From Candidatus Portnoybacteria bacterium CG_4_9_14_3_um_filter_43_11 (GTDB taxonomy: Bacteria; Patescibacteriota; Minisyncoccia; Portnoybacterales; UBA2143): a stretch of DNA of 36,998 nt. The translations under genes were made by a program, and so were the position numbers. The notes below the pieces were generated by a model. That model did no database searches, was not told where the DNA came from, and saw only the letters and a program-made list of their open reading frames with translations. Location: positions 1-36,998 of the forward strand of contig PFWG01000009.1 of the NCBI GenBank assembly GCA_002791035.1, in the 5' to 3' direction. How positions within the stretch are numbered: position 1 is the first letter of the stretch; every line of letters starts with the position of its first letter. Below are positions 1 to 9,300 of the stretch, piece by piece.

Positions 1-4
1 AAAA

Positions 5-352
5 ATGTTGGAAAAACAGGTAAAAAAACAAAGAAGAGCCAAACGCGTCAGGACGAAAGCCAAAGCGGGAAATCGTCCGCGTCTTTCCGTTTTTCGCAGC
101 AACCGGCATATCAGCGCTCAGATTATTGACGATAAAAATGGCCAAACGTTATTTTCATTCAGTGACATAAAATTAAAGAACCAAAATAAGATGGCTAAAA
201 TGGAAGCCGCCAAAGAAATTGGCAAAAAAATAGCGCAAGCAGCCCTAAAAAGCGGGCTAAAAAAAGTTGTTTTTGACCGAAGCGGATACAGGTATCACGG
301 TCGGGTAAAAGCGCTGGCGGAAGGAGCCAGAGAAGGAGGATTAGTATTTTAG
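5..352 (+). CDS. rplR: 50S ribosomal protein L18 (uL18)
   Basis: 115-aa basic ORF with [19 protein letters not shown] and C-terminal [20 protein letters not shown], typical of uL18. It lies immediately upstream of S5, as in the spc operon. Confidence 0.95.
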   Translation: MLEKQVKKQRRAKRVRTKAKAGNRPRLSVFRSNRHISAQIIDDKNGQTLFSFSDIKLKNQNKMAKMEAAKEIGKKIAQAALKSGLKKVVFDRSGYRYHGRVKALAEGAREGGLVF

Positions 353-371
353 TTATCAATTTTCAAACATT

Positions 372-899
372 ATGAGAAGAGAATTAGAGAAAAGGGAATA
401 TGAGCAGAAACTTCTTGGTATCGCTCGGGTTGTCCGGGTTGTGGCCGGCGGCCGCCGTTTTAGGTTTAGAGCAGTGATGGTAATCGGAGACAAAAACGGG
501 CGAGTCGGGGTCGGCGTCAGTAAAGGACGGGACGTCAGCATCGCGGTTGAGAAAGCGATTGCCAACGCCAAAAAGAAAATGATTAAAATTCCAATTGTCA
601 ACGAAACTATCCCTCACAGCGTTGAAGCGAAATTTAGCAGCGCTAAAATAATGCTTAAGCCGGCGGAAAGAGGAAAGGGAATAGTTGTTGGCGGCGCGGC
701 CAGAGCAGTGTGCGATTTAGCCGGCATCAAGAATATTTCCGGGAAAATTTTAGGAAAGACAAAAAACAAACTTAGCAATGCCAGGGCGACTATTTTGGCG
801 TTGAGCAAGTTGCGGCTGAAAGAAATCGACGCCGAAGGCGTTAAGCGGAGCAAACAAAAAATTGACTTGGGGAAAAGCAAGGAAAACGAACAAAAATAG
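372..899 (+). CDS. rpsE: 30S ribosomal protein S5 (uS5) with a short basic C-terminal extension
   Basis: Contains VVRVVAGGRRFRFRAVMVIGDKNGRVGVGVSKGRDVSIAVEKA and GGAARAVCDLAGIKNI, which are conserved uS5 blocks. Synteny is L18-S5-L15. Confidence 0.95.
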   Translation: MRRELEKREYEQKLLGIARVVRVVAGGRRFRFRAVMVIGDKNGRVGVGVSKGRDVSIAVEKAIANAKKKMIKIPIVNETIPHSVEAKFSSAKIMLKPAERGKGIVVGGAARAVCDLAGIKNISGKILGKTKNKLSNARATILALSKLRLKEIDAEGVKRSKQKIDLGKSKENEQK

Positions 900-900
900 T

Positions 901-1365
901 ATGCAATTACACGAATTAAAAGTTATTCATAAAAACAAATCCCGCAAAAGAGTCGGCCGGGGAGGAAAAAAGGGAACTTATTCGGGAAGAGGAGTCAAGG
1001 GGCAGAAATCAAGAGCGGGCAGAAAGCCGCGTCTTGGTTTTGCCGGCGGAGATACGACAATTGTTAAACGTTTGCCCAAACAGAGAGGGACAGTCGGCAA
1101 GGTTCCGATTAGAAAAGGGATAAGGCCGTTTTGGTTGACGTCTAAGCCGGTAATTTTGAACTTGGGCGACATTAAAAAGGCCTTTTCCGGAAAAAAGAAA
1201 GAAGAAATTGTTTCTCCCAAGACCTTGCTTAAAAAGGGAATAATTGGGAAAATCAGAGGTAGAATTCCCCGGGTTAAAATCTTGGGAAAAGGCGCTTTTG
1301 AAGCGGCGGGCAGTTTAAAATTTAGAGGCGTGAAATTATCAAAGAGCGTTCAAAAGAAAATATGA
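901..1365 (+). CDS. rplO: 50S ribosomal protein L15 (uL15)
   Basis: An ATG at 901 directly follows the S5 stop (897-899). The product starts MQLHELK...KRVGRGGKKGTYSGRGVKGQKSRAGRKPRLGFAGGDT. The ORF-track start at 862 is a TTG inside S5 and was not used. Confidence 0.9.
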   Translation: MQLHELKVIHKNKSRKRVGRGGKKGTYSGRGVKGQKSRAGRKPRLGFAGGDTTIVKRLPKQRGTVGKVPIRKGIRPFWLTSKPVILNLGDIKKAFSGKKKEEIVSPKTLLKKGIIGKIRGRIPRVKILGKGAFEAAGSLKFRGVKLSKSVQKKI

Positions 1366-2645
1366 AATGGCTGGAAAAAATCACTCAGATTTTTAAGATA
1401 AAGGAATTGCGAAAGAAAATCATTTTCGTTCTTTTGATTTTTGTCGTTTTTAGGATTGCCGCCAATATTCCGGTTCCCGGCATTGATACTGAACAGCTGA
1501 AGAGTTTTTTCTCTAACAACCAATTATTCGGACTCTTGAACATCTTTACTGGCGGGGCAATGAGTAATTTGTCAATTATTATGCTTGGACTTGGTCCGTA
1601 TATTACCGCCACCATTATTATGCAGCTTTTAACGATGATTTTTCCGCAGATCGAGGTGCTTTATAAAGAGGAAGGTGAAGCCGGCCGGCAGAAATTCAAC
1701 CAGTATAGCCGGATGCTGACTGTTCCCCTGGCCGCGCTTCAGGCATACGCGATGTTGACGATTTTGGGGCGGCAGGGCATTTTAGGCAGCCTGTCCGTTC
1801 TCCAATGGATAATTTCCATTTCGGTTATTACCGCCGGCGCCTTGTTTTTGATGTGGCTGGGGGAATTGATTTCGGAAAAAGGAGTCGGTAATGGCGTTTC
1901 CCTTTTAATTTTCGCCGGGATTGTTTCCGGAGTTCCCTTGTCAATAAGAGAATTGGCCGTTACCTACGATCCGTCAAAAATTCCGTCTTATTTTGCTTTT
2001 TTCGCTTTGGCTCTGATTATCACCGCCAGCGTCGTCGTTATCACTGAAGGCCGGCGCAATATCCCGGTTTCATACGCCAAGCGCGTCCGGGGTAATAAAG
2101 TTTATGGCGGCGTCTCTACTTATCTGCCTCTGAATGTTAATCCAGCCGGTGTTATTCCGATTATTTTCGCTTTGTCAATTATGCTTTTCCCCGGGATGAT
2201 CGCCAGTTTTTTGGGCACCTCTAATATTCCGGCGATTTCCAATGCCGCCCAGGCGATGGGCCGGCTTTTCCAAAATCAGTGGTTTTACGGCATTTCTTAT
2301 TTCATCCTGGTCGTCCTTTTCACCTATTTCTACACCGCGGTGACTTTTGACCCAAAAAACATCGCTGGGAATCTTCAAAAAATGGGCGGGTTTGTGCCGG
2401 GGATTCGTCCGGGCAAGCCGACCTCCGATTTTCTCTATTTTATCCTCAATCGAGTTCTTCTTTTCGGCGCCATTTTCTTGGGTACGATTGCGGTTTTGCC
2501 CTCCATTATTCAGGGTTTAACCGGCATCGCTACTTTTGAATTTGCTGTCGGCGGCACCGCTCTTTTAATCGTTGTCTCGGTCGCCCTAGAAACGGTCCGT
2601 CAAGTCAGCTCGCAATTGACTATGCGCGATTATGAGGGGTTGTAA
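1362..2645 (+). CDS. secY: Preprotein translocase subunit SecY
   Basis: 427-aa polytopic membrane protein with LFGLLNIFTGGAMSNLSIIMLGLGPYITATIIMQLL and WLGELISEKGVGNGVSLLIFAGI. The ATGA start overlaps the L15 stop. Confidence 0.97.
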   Translation: MKWLEKITQIFKIKELRKKIIFVLLIFVVFRIAANIPVPGIDTEQLKSFFSNNQLFGLLNIFTGGAMSNLSIIMLGLGPYITATIIMQLLTMIFPQIEVLYKEEGEAGRQKFNQYSRMLTVPLAALQAYAMLTILGRQGILGSLSVLQWIISISVITAGALFLMWLGELISEKGVGNGVSLLIFAGIVSGVPLSIRELAVTYDPSKIPSYFAFFALALIITASVVVITEGRRNIPVSYAKRVRGNKVYGGVSTYLPLNVNPAGVIPIIFALSIMLFPGMIASFLGTSNIPAISNAAQAMGRLFQNQWFYGISYFILVVLFTYFYTAVTFDPKNIAGNLQKMGGFVPGIRPGKPTSDFLYFILNRVLLFGAIFLGTIAVLPSIIQGLTGIATFEFAVGGTALLIVVSVALETVRQVSSQLTMRDYEGL

Positions 2646-2650
2646 ATATT

Positions 2651-3322
2651 ATGGCAAAAAACAAACCTAAAATTATTATCCTTCTTGGCCGATCGGGAAG
2701 CGGCAAGGGAACGCAAGCCAAACTCTTAATTGATGACTTTGGTTTTGACTATTTAGGCACCGGCGATCTGCTTAGGGAAAGAGTGAAAGAAAATGATTTT
2801 TCCGGGAAAAAACTTAAACAGGAGATGGATAAAGGCGAAAGGGTTTCAACTTATTATGTTTTTCAGCTTTGGGGCAAGGCCGCCGAAAAGATAAAAGAAA
2901 AACCAAATTTAAAAGGAATTATTATTGACGGCAGCCCCCGTTCTCTTTTGGAAGCGGAGTTAATGGATGGCCTTTTGGATTGGTACGAGTGGGAAAATAT
3001 TAAGGTAATTCTAATTGATATTTCCCCCCAAGAGGCCTTTGACCGACTGACTAAAAGAAGAATGTGTAAAATGTGCGGCCGGCTGATTCCTTGGGTTGGG
3101 ACTTTTAAGGATTTGAAGGTCTGCGACCAATGCGGCGGAGAATTAATAGAGAGAGCCGATGACGCCCCGGCGGCAATTAGAAGAAGAATGGATTATTTTA
3201 AAAAAGACGTTGAGCCGGCGATAGAGTATTACCAGAAGCGGAAAAGATTGATTGAAATAGACGGCGAGCAGTCGATTGAAGACGTCTATCGTAATGTCAA
3301 AAAGGCCGTTTCAAAGGTATAG
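2651..3322 (+). CDS. adk: Adenylate kinase with a zinc-lid
   Basis: P-loop GRSGSGKGTQ, a LID with CKMCGR...CDQCGG, and the canonical position after secY. Confidence 0.93.
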   Translation: MAKNKPKIIILLGRSGSGKGTQAKLLIDDFGFDYLGTGDLLRERVKENDFSGKKLKQEMDKGERVSTYYVFQLWGKAAEKIKEKPNLKGIIIDGSPRSLLEAELMDGLLDWYEWENIKVILIDISPQEAFDRLTKRRMCKMCGRLIPWVGTFKDLKVCDQCGGELIERADDAPAAIRRRMDYFKKDVEPAIEYYQKRKRLIEIDGEQSIEDVYRNVKKAVSKV

Positions 3323-3348
3323 TCAAGATTAAATGAAATAACTTAGAA

Positions 3349-4092
3349 ATGATTCCAATAAGAACGCCGCAAGAAATTGAAATAATGTCTCAAGCGGGCA
3401 AAATCCTGGCGGAAGTGATAAGAGAAATAAAGACGATGATTGCGCCGGGAATTGCCACCAACGAGCTGGATAAGGCCGCCGAAGGTCTTATTTTAAAATC
3501 CGGCGCTCAACCGGCCTTTAAAGGTTACCAGGGATTTCCCAAGACGCTCTGTGTTTCAATCAATGAGCAGATTGTTCACGGCGTCCCCTCTGAAAGAATC
3601 ATCAAAGAGGGCGATGTCGTCGGATTGGATTTGGGCATTGTCTATCGCGGCTACTACGCCGATATGGCGATAACCTTGCCGGTTGGTTCGGTTGAGCCGG
3701 AAACGATGCGCCTGATAAAAGCGACTAAAAAAGCCCTTAAGCGGGCGATTGCCCGGGCCAAACCGGGCAAAACCTTGGGCGATATCTCTCACGCTATTCA
3801 AGGGCATATTGAAGACCAGGGGTTTTCCGTTATCCGCGACTTATGCGGACACGGCATTGGCCGAAAACTTCACGAAGAACCGGAAATTCTTAACTACGGC
3901 CAAAGACACAAAGGACCGGAACTAAAACCAGGAATGATTTTGGCCATAGAACCAATGGCGGCAATAGGAAAACCGGGGATAAAAAAAGGCCCGGACGGCC
4001 ACAGTTATCAAACCATTGACAATAGTATTTCAGCTCATTTTGAGCACACTGTCGCTATTACCGCCCAAGGCCCGCGAGTTCTGACAGAGTAA
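3349..4092 (+). CDS. map: Methionine aminopeptidase type I
   Basis: Contains VHGVPS, GDVVGLDLGIVYRGYYADMA, CGHGIG, LAIEPM and AHFEHTV metal-ligand blocks. It follows adk. Confidence 0.95.
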   Translation: MIPIRTPQEIEIMSQAGKILAEVIREIKTMIAPGIATNELDKAAEGLILKSGAQPAFKGYQGFPKTLCVSINEQIVHGVPSERIIKEGDVVGLDLGIVYRGYYADMAITLPVGSVEPETMRLIKATKKALKRAIARAKPGKTLGDISHAIQGHIEDQGFSVIRDLCGHGIGRKLHEEPEILNYGQRHKGPELKPGMILAIEPMAAIGKPGIKKGPDGHSYQTIDNSISAHFEHTVAITAQGPRVLTE

Positions 4093-4129
4093 TAAATCTC
4101 ATCCCTCGAAATTTTTTCGCGCTTTACCC

Positions 4130-5884
4130 TTATTTCTTTTTCTCGATTTCGTCTTTTATTTTCCCAACAAATTTATTTACTTTTACTGGGCCTAGATCGC
4201 CCTTTTTTCTATCTCGGACGGCGACTAATTTGGCCTTTTGCTCTTTTTCCCCCACAATCAAAAGATAGGGGATTTTTTGCAGTTCTCCGTGGCGGATTTT
4301 CCGGCCTAAGGTTTCGTCGCTGTCGTTTAATTCCGTCCGGATATTTTCTTCTTTTAAGCGCTTGGCAACTTTCTCGGCGTAAGCGTTAAATTTTTGGCTG
4401 ATGGGAATAATCTGGGCTTGGACCGGGGAGAGCCAGACCGGAAAGGCGCCGGCGTAGTGTTCTATCAGAAAAGCCATCGTTCTTTCCAGACAGCCGATTG
4501 ACGAGCGATGAATAGCCATCGGTCTTTTTTTGTTGCCTTTTTCATCAATATAGGTCAGGTCAAATTTTTCGGGCAAATCAAAATCAATTTGGACGGTAAA
4601 GGCGGTCTCTTCTTTGCCGTTGACATTTCTCAATTGAATGTCCAGTTTGGGTCCGTAAAAAGCCGCTTCTCCTTCCGCCTCCGCATATTTGGTTTTTATC
4701 TTATCTAATATCTTTTTCATTTGCGCCTGGGTTTCTTTCCATTCTTTCGGCTTGTTGACATATTTTTTCTTGTCTTTCGGGTCCCACTTGGAGAATCTAT
4801 ACCAGTAGTCGTCAATGCCAAATGTTTTCATAACATATTCTATTAATTCCAAGACCCCTTTAAATTCTTCTTCAACCTGGTCGGGACGGCAAATAATATG
4901 AGCGTCAGCCAAAGAAAAGGCCATTACTCGAATCAGTCCGGATAGTTCTCCTGATTGTTCTTTGCGGTACTGTTTGGCGATTTCGGCGTATCTCAAAGGC
5001 AGTTCGCGATAACTTCTCGGCCGGGAAGCGTAAATCATAAACTGATGCGGACAGGTCATCGGCCGAAGAACATATTCTTCACCGTCAATATTCATCGGCG
5101 GATACATATTGTCTTGGTAGTGCTGCCAATGGCCGGATTTTTTATATAATTCCACTTTGGCCATATCGGGAGTATAGGTTCGCAGATATCCTCTTTTGGT
5201 TTCTTCGTCTGTGATGAACCTTTCCAGCTCCTGTCTGATAATCGCGCCCTTGGGAGTCAATAGCGGAAGTCCCTTGCCGACCAGGTCGGAAAAAACGAAC
5301 AAGTCCAGTTCTTTGCCCAACTTGCGGTGGTCTCTTTTTTCGGCCTCGGCCTGTTGGTTGAGATAATCTTTTAGTTCTTTTTCGGTGGCAAAAGCGACGC
5401 CGTAGACGCGGGTAAGCATTTTGTTTTTTTCGTTTCCCCGCCAGTAAGCGCCGGCGATTTTAGTCAGCTTAAACGCCTTGGGATTGATTTCTTTAGTTAA
5501 TTTGACATGAGGGCCTTTACATAAATTCTCAAACCAATCGGACCGGTAAAAGCTAACCTTTTTTTCACCGGCCTTTTTTAATTCTCTTATCACCTCGCTT
5601 TTATACGGGTCTTTTTTGTAGAGTTTTAGGGCCTCGCTAAAACTCATATTATGCTGTTCAAATCTAATGTTTTGCTTAATTAATTCCTTAATCCGTTTTT
5701 CCAATTTGGGCAGCAGTTCCGGCGAAATCGGTTCCGGCAGGCCGTAATCCTGATAAAAACCGTTTTCTATGGCTGGTCCGACGCCTAAACCTGCTTCAGG
5801 ATATATTTCCATAATCGCCATGCTCATCAGATGAGACAAAGAATGGCGTATTCTTTCTAATTGCGGTTCTTCTTTTTGAGGCAT
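4130..5884 (-). CDS. thrS: Threonyl-tRNA synthetase lacking the N-terminal TGS domain
   Basis: 584 aa. It begins at the editing-domain HxxxH motif (RHSLSHLM). Class II core blocks are present (FYRSDWFENLCKGPH, RPMTCPHQ, ELPLRYAEIAKQYRKEQSGELSGLIRV) together with a C-terminal anticodon-binding domain. Confidence 0.93.
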   Translation of the reverse strand: MPQKEEPQLERIRHSLSHLMSMAIMEIYPEAGLGVGPAIENGFYQDYGLPEPISPELLPKLEKRIKELIKQNIRFEQHNMSFSEALKLYKKDPYKSEVIRELKKAGEKKVSFYRSDWFENLCKGPHVKLTKEINPKAFKLTKIAGAYWRGNEKNKMLTRVYGVAFATEKELKDYLNQQAEAEKRDHRKLGKELDLFVFSDLVGKGLPLLTPKGAIIRQELERFITDEETKRGYLRTYTPDMAKVELYKKSGHWQHYQDNMYPPMNIDGEEYVLRPMTCPHQFMIYASRPRSYRELPLRYAEIAKQYRKEQSGELSGLIRVMAFSLADAHIICRPDQVEEEFKGVLELIEYVMKTFGIDDYWYRFSKWDPKDKKKYVNKPKEWKETQAQMKKILDKIKTKYAEAEGEAAFYGPKLDIQLRNVNGKEETAFTVQIDFDLPEKFDLTYIDEKGNKKRPMAIHRSSIGCLERTMAFLIEHYAGAFPVWLSPVQAQIIPISQKFNAYAEKVAKRLKEENIRTELNDSDETLGRKIRHGELQKIPYLLIVGEKEQKAKLVAVRDRKKGDLGPVKVNKFVGKIKDEIEKKK

Positions 5885-5905
5885 AGTTTTTTATTAATCT
5901 GTAAA

Positions 5906-6373
5906 TTAGATACGATTACGGGCGAATCGTGCACCAACCACTTTCATTAGGAGCGTTTCCAGGACAGTTCGTTCCTTGACCGCTCGGCTCCATATTGAAT
6001 TGAAGAATAAAAGTTGAGCCACATCGGAGGTATATTTATAGACCAAATTTGGCGTTCCTGAATCCTGAAGCGGGTCCAGTGGCGTTTTTGAGAGATAATC
6101 TGGTTCTAAACCGGAAATAAAATCTGGACCGACAAGAGGAAGATGGCTATAATCACTGTCGCCGCCATCATTATTATCAATGGGATAGCTTTGATAGCCG
6201 TCATTATACAGATTCAAGGCAGTCATAATCTGGAGTATATCGCTCATTCTTCTCTTGTTTCTGGCGTCCCTTTTGACCTTAGTTAAGCTGGCTAAGGACA
6301 AGGAGGCCAGAATTCCAATAATAGCGACGACAACCAACAATTCAATTAAGGTAAACCCTCTTTTCTTGTTCAT
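5906..6373 (-). CDS. Type IV pilin / pseudopilin-like protein (prepilin N-terminal methylation motif)
   Basis: The N-terminus MNKKRGFTLIELLVVVAIIGILASL is a class III signal peptide with G|FTLIE. The C-terminal part is divergent. Confidence 0.8.
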   Translation of the reverse strand: MNKKRGFTLIELLVVVAIIGILASLSLASLTKVKRDARNKRRMSDILQIMTALNLYNDGYQSYPIDNNDGGDSDYSHLPLVGPDFISGLEPDYLSKTPLDPLQDSGTPNLVYKYTSDVAQLLFFNSIWSRAVKERTVLETLLMKVVGARFARNRI

Positions 6374-6381
6374 TCCTTGTT

Positions 6382-9300
6382 CTACTCTAATACCTTAACA
6401 CTCTCGCACAGGATTTTCAAGTTTTCGTCGCGATCGCTCAGCCGCCCGCTGACTAAAACGATTTTGTCTTCTTGCCAGGCCGGCGCGGTCTGCTCTAAGA
6501 CCTTCGGGAAAACAATGGTTTCAAACCGGCCGGTCAGGTCCTCAATTTCAACAAAAAGCATCGGCTGGCCGTTGCGGGTGTTGATTTTTTTTATTCGGTT
6601 GATTATCCCGCCGATTTTTATCCGACGGCCGGACTGATTTCTTGAAATCTGTCGGTAGGAAGTAGTCAGTTTTTCCAGTTTTTTGCGGTATCTCTCCAGC
6701 GGATGCTCGGAGATATAAAGGCCAAGGAGTTCTTTTTCCCAAGCCAGCATTTCATTTTTATTGGCTGGCGCGACTGACGGAAGCGCAAAAGACGGAATGG
6801 CAACATTGGTTTCGGCGCCGAATAAACTGACTTGGCCGCTTTGCCTGGCGCGTTGGGTTTCTCTGGCCAAAGAGAGCATTTGTTCCATGCCGGCCAAGAG
6901 TTGATTTCTTTCTCCAAAGCCGTCCAAAGCGCCGCATTTGACTAAACTTTCCAGCGATTTTTTATTGAGGTCTTTTGACTCTACCCGTTCAATAAAATCA
7001 GCGATTGACTGGTATGGTCCATTGGTCTTTCTTTCGTTGACGATGGCAGAAACGATGTTATGGCCGACATTTTTAACGGCATTAAGGCCGAAACGAATAG
7101 TCATATTGCCGGCTTTGGTAAAGTCGCAGTCGCTTTCGTTGGCGCTGGGGGGCAGGACTTTTATTCCCATTTGTTTGCACTCATCTACCAAAAAGGCGAT
7201 TCGCTCAATGTCGTTTTGCTCGGAAGTCATCAGCGCCGCCATAAACTCGGTTGGAAAATGAGATTTGAGATATGCGGTCTGATAGCCAATAAGGGCGTAG
7301 CAGACAGAATGGGCTTTATTGAATCCATACTGGGCAAATGGTTCAATTGTTTGCCAGATTTTGACGGCGGTTTTTTTCTCCAGCCCATTGGTGACCATGC
7401 CTTCAATCATTTTGTCCTTTTGCTCATCAAGCAGTTTTTTGATTTTCTTGCCGACAGCTTTTCTTAAAACATCGGCTTCGGGCAGGGAAAAACCGGCCAG
7501 GTCTCGGGCAATGCGCATCAATTGTTCTTGATAAACCATTACTCCGTAAGTGTTTTCAAGAATTGGCTTCAGTTTTGGATGGAGATACTCAATTTCTCTC
7601 AGTCCGTGCTTTCGGGCGATAAATTCCGGGATAAATTCTATTGGGCCCGGCCGATACAAGGCGACGAGAGCGACAATATCTTCAAATTTCGTCGGCTTTA
7701 ATTGTTTAAGGCATCTTTTCATACCTCCGCTGTTATGCACAACAAAACCATTGGCAACGAAGTTATTCCCCGGCGCTTTCATGACAATATCATAAGTTGT
7801 TTCTTTTTTGCCCGGTTTGATTTCTTTGACTTCAAGAAATTTAAAGCTTCTTTTAGTAGGAATGATAGGACATTCCCACTTAACTAGGTTTTTGTATTTG
7901 ATGGATAATTCCGCGAATTTTGTGGCGCTAATTAAAACGAAATTATATTGAGGGTATTGTTTTTGGAATAATTCCATCTTTTTTTGGTCCAACTCATGAA
8001 GCCATCCCTTAATTTCGTAGAAAGTGTTGGTATTCTTGACATAAAAGTCCGGAGTATAGTGAAGAGTTTCGCCACCGCTATTTTTTAATTCGAATGTTTT
8101 TGATTCGTATTCATATTCAACTTTATAGAGATTTAAAATTCTGGCAAAATCGGCTTCCCAATTAGAACGGACATAATGACCTAAATCTTTCCGGTACCCC
8201 CCTTTTCTATGCGGGGACTTTCTGCCAAACATTGGATTATTTTCTCCTCTAAATCTTTCGGATAATTTCTTTTTTATTTCCTTTGACTTCTTTATTCCGT
8301 AGAAGTCATCAAATGTTCTTCCTAATAAGGCCTTAGAAATTTTCTGACCGGTGTGTTGTAAAATTAAACTGGTTTCTTTTGTGAGTCCTTGATTCCATGG
8401 AGTTCCTCCTTTTTCATAAAATATCTTTCTGGCCCTAGAAATTTTTTCTCTTGATTTTGGTTTACTTGGATTTCTATAAAAAGTGGCGGAGCATTTGTAA
8501 CAGAAATTACTTTTTCCTTCTTTTTGTCCGCTTATTTGTTTCCTGCAACTTTGGCAAGTGTTATAAACTAAGTGTTTTGCTTTTGATTTTATTAAAATTT
8601 TTTCACCCTCTTTGATATCTTTTAATTGTTTCCATCCATTTTCGGTGAGAAAATAATGATCCGGCGTTGCTTTGATGTACCAATTATTTTCTGCTACTAA
8701 AATGAGGGTTTCTTTCTTGCCGGCGCAGCAAACATCAATAATTTGATTTTTGTGTATCGCGCCTTCGTCTAAGTAAACTGATTCCAATGCCTTTTTGTCT
8801 TTTCGCTTATATAACCCTTTAATCGTAGTGTTAGAAACTATAGTGTCTCCAGATAGACATTCCAATTGAAACACGCCGACGCTATTAGATTGCTGGAGCA
8901 GATGAAAAGTTTTCTTGTCATTAAGGGGGATGTTGTTGATTTCAGCTTCCTGGCCGGACAGTTCCCTAATTTGATTAAGGGTGTTTTGGATAACAGTCAA
9001 GGTTTTTAGGCCTAAAAAATCCATTTTTAGCAGGCCGAGGTCCTCAATGGCGTGCATTTCATATTGAGTGACAACGCTTTCATTATCCTGAGTCGGGTGC
9101 TGGCAGGGGACGGACTTGTCTAGTGGTTCTTTAGTGATGACGACGCCGGCGGCATGAGTAGAAGCGTGGCGGGCGACCCCTTCCAGCTTTTTAGCCATAT
9201 CAATCAGTCGCTTGGTGTTTTCATCCGATTCATAGGCATTATGGAGTTCCTGTGAATCGTTGACAGCGTTTTCCAAAGTAGAACCGAAAGGAATCATTTT

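Noticed and set aside
862-900. An upstream TTG start for L15 overlapping the S5 3' end.
   Set aside because: An ATG at 901 directly after the S5 stop gives the conserved uL15 N-terminus. The 13 extra residues have no counterpart in uL15.
6377-7887. Multiple plus-strand ORFs of 60-135 aa inside the dnaE C-terminal fragment.
   Set aside because: All are antisense to well-conserved DnaE blocks, are mutually overlapping and lack motifs. They are shadow ORFs.
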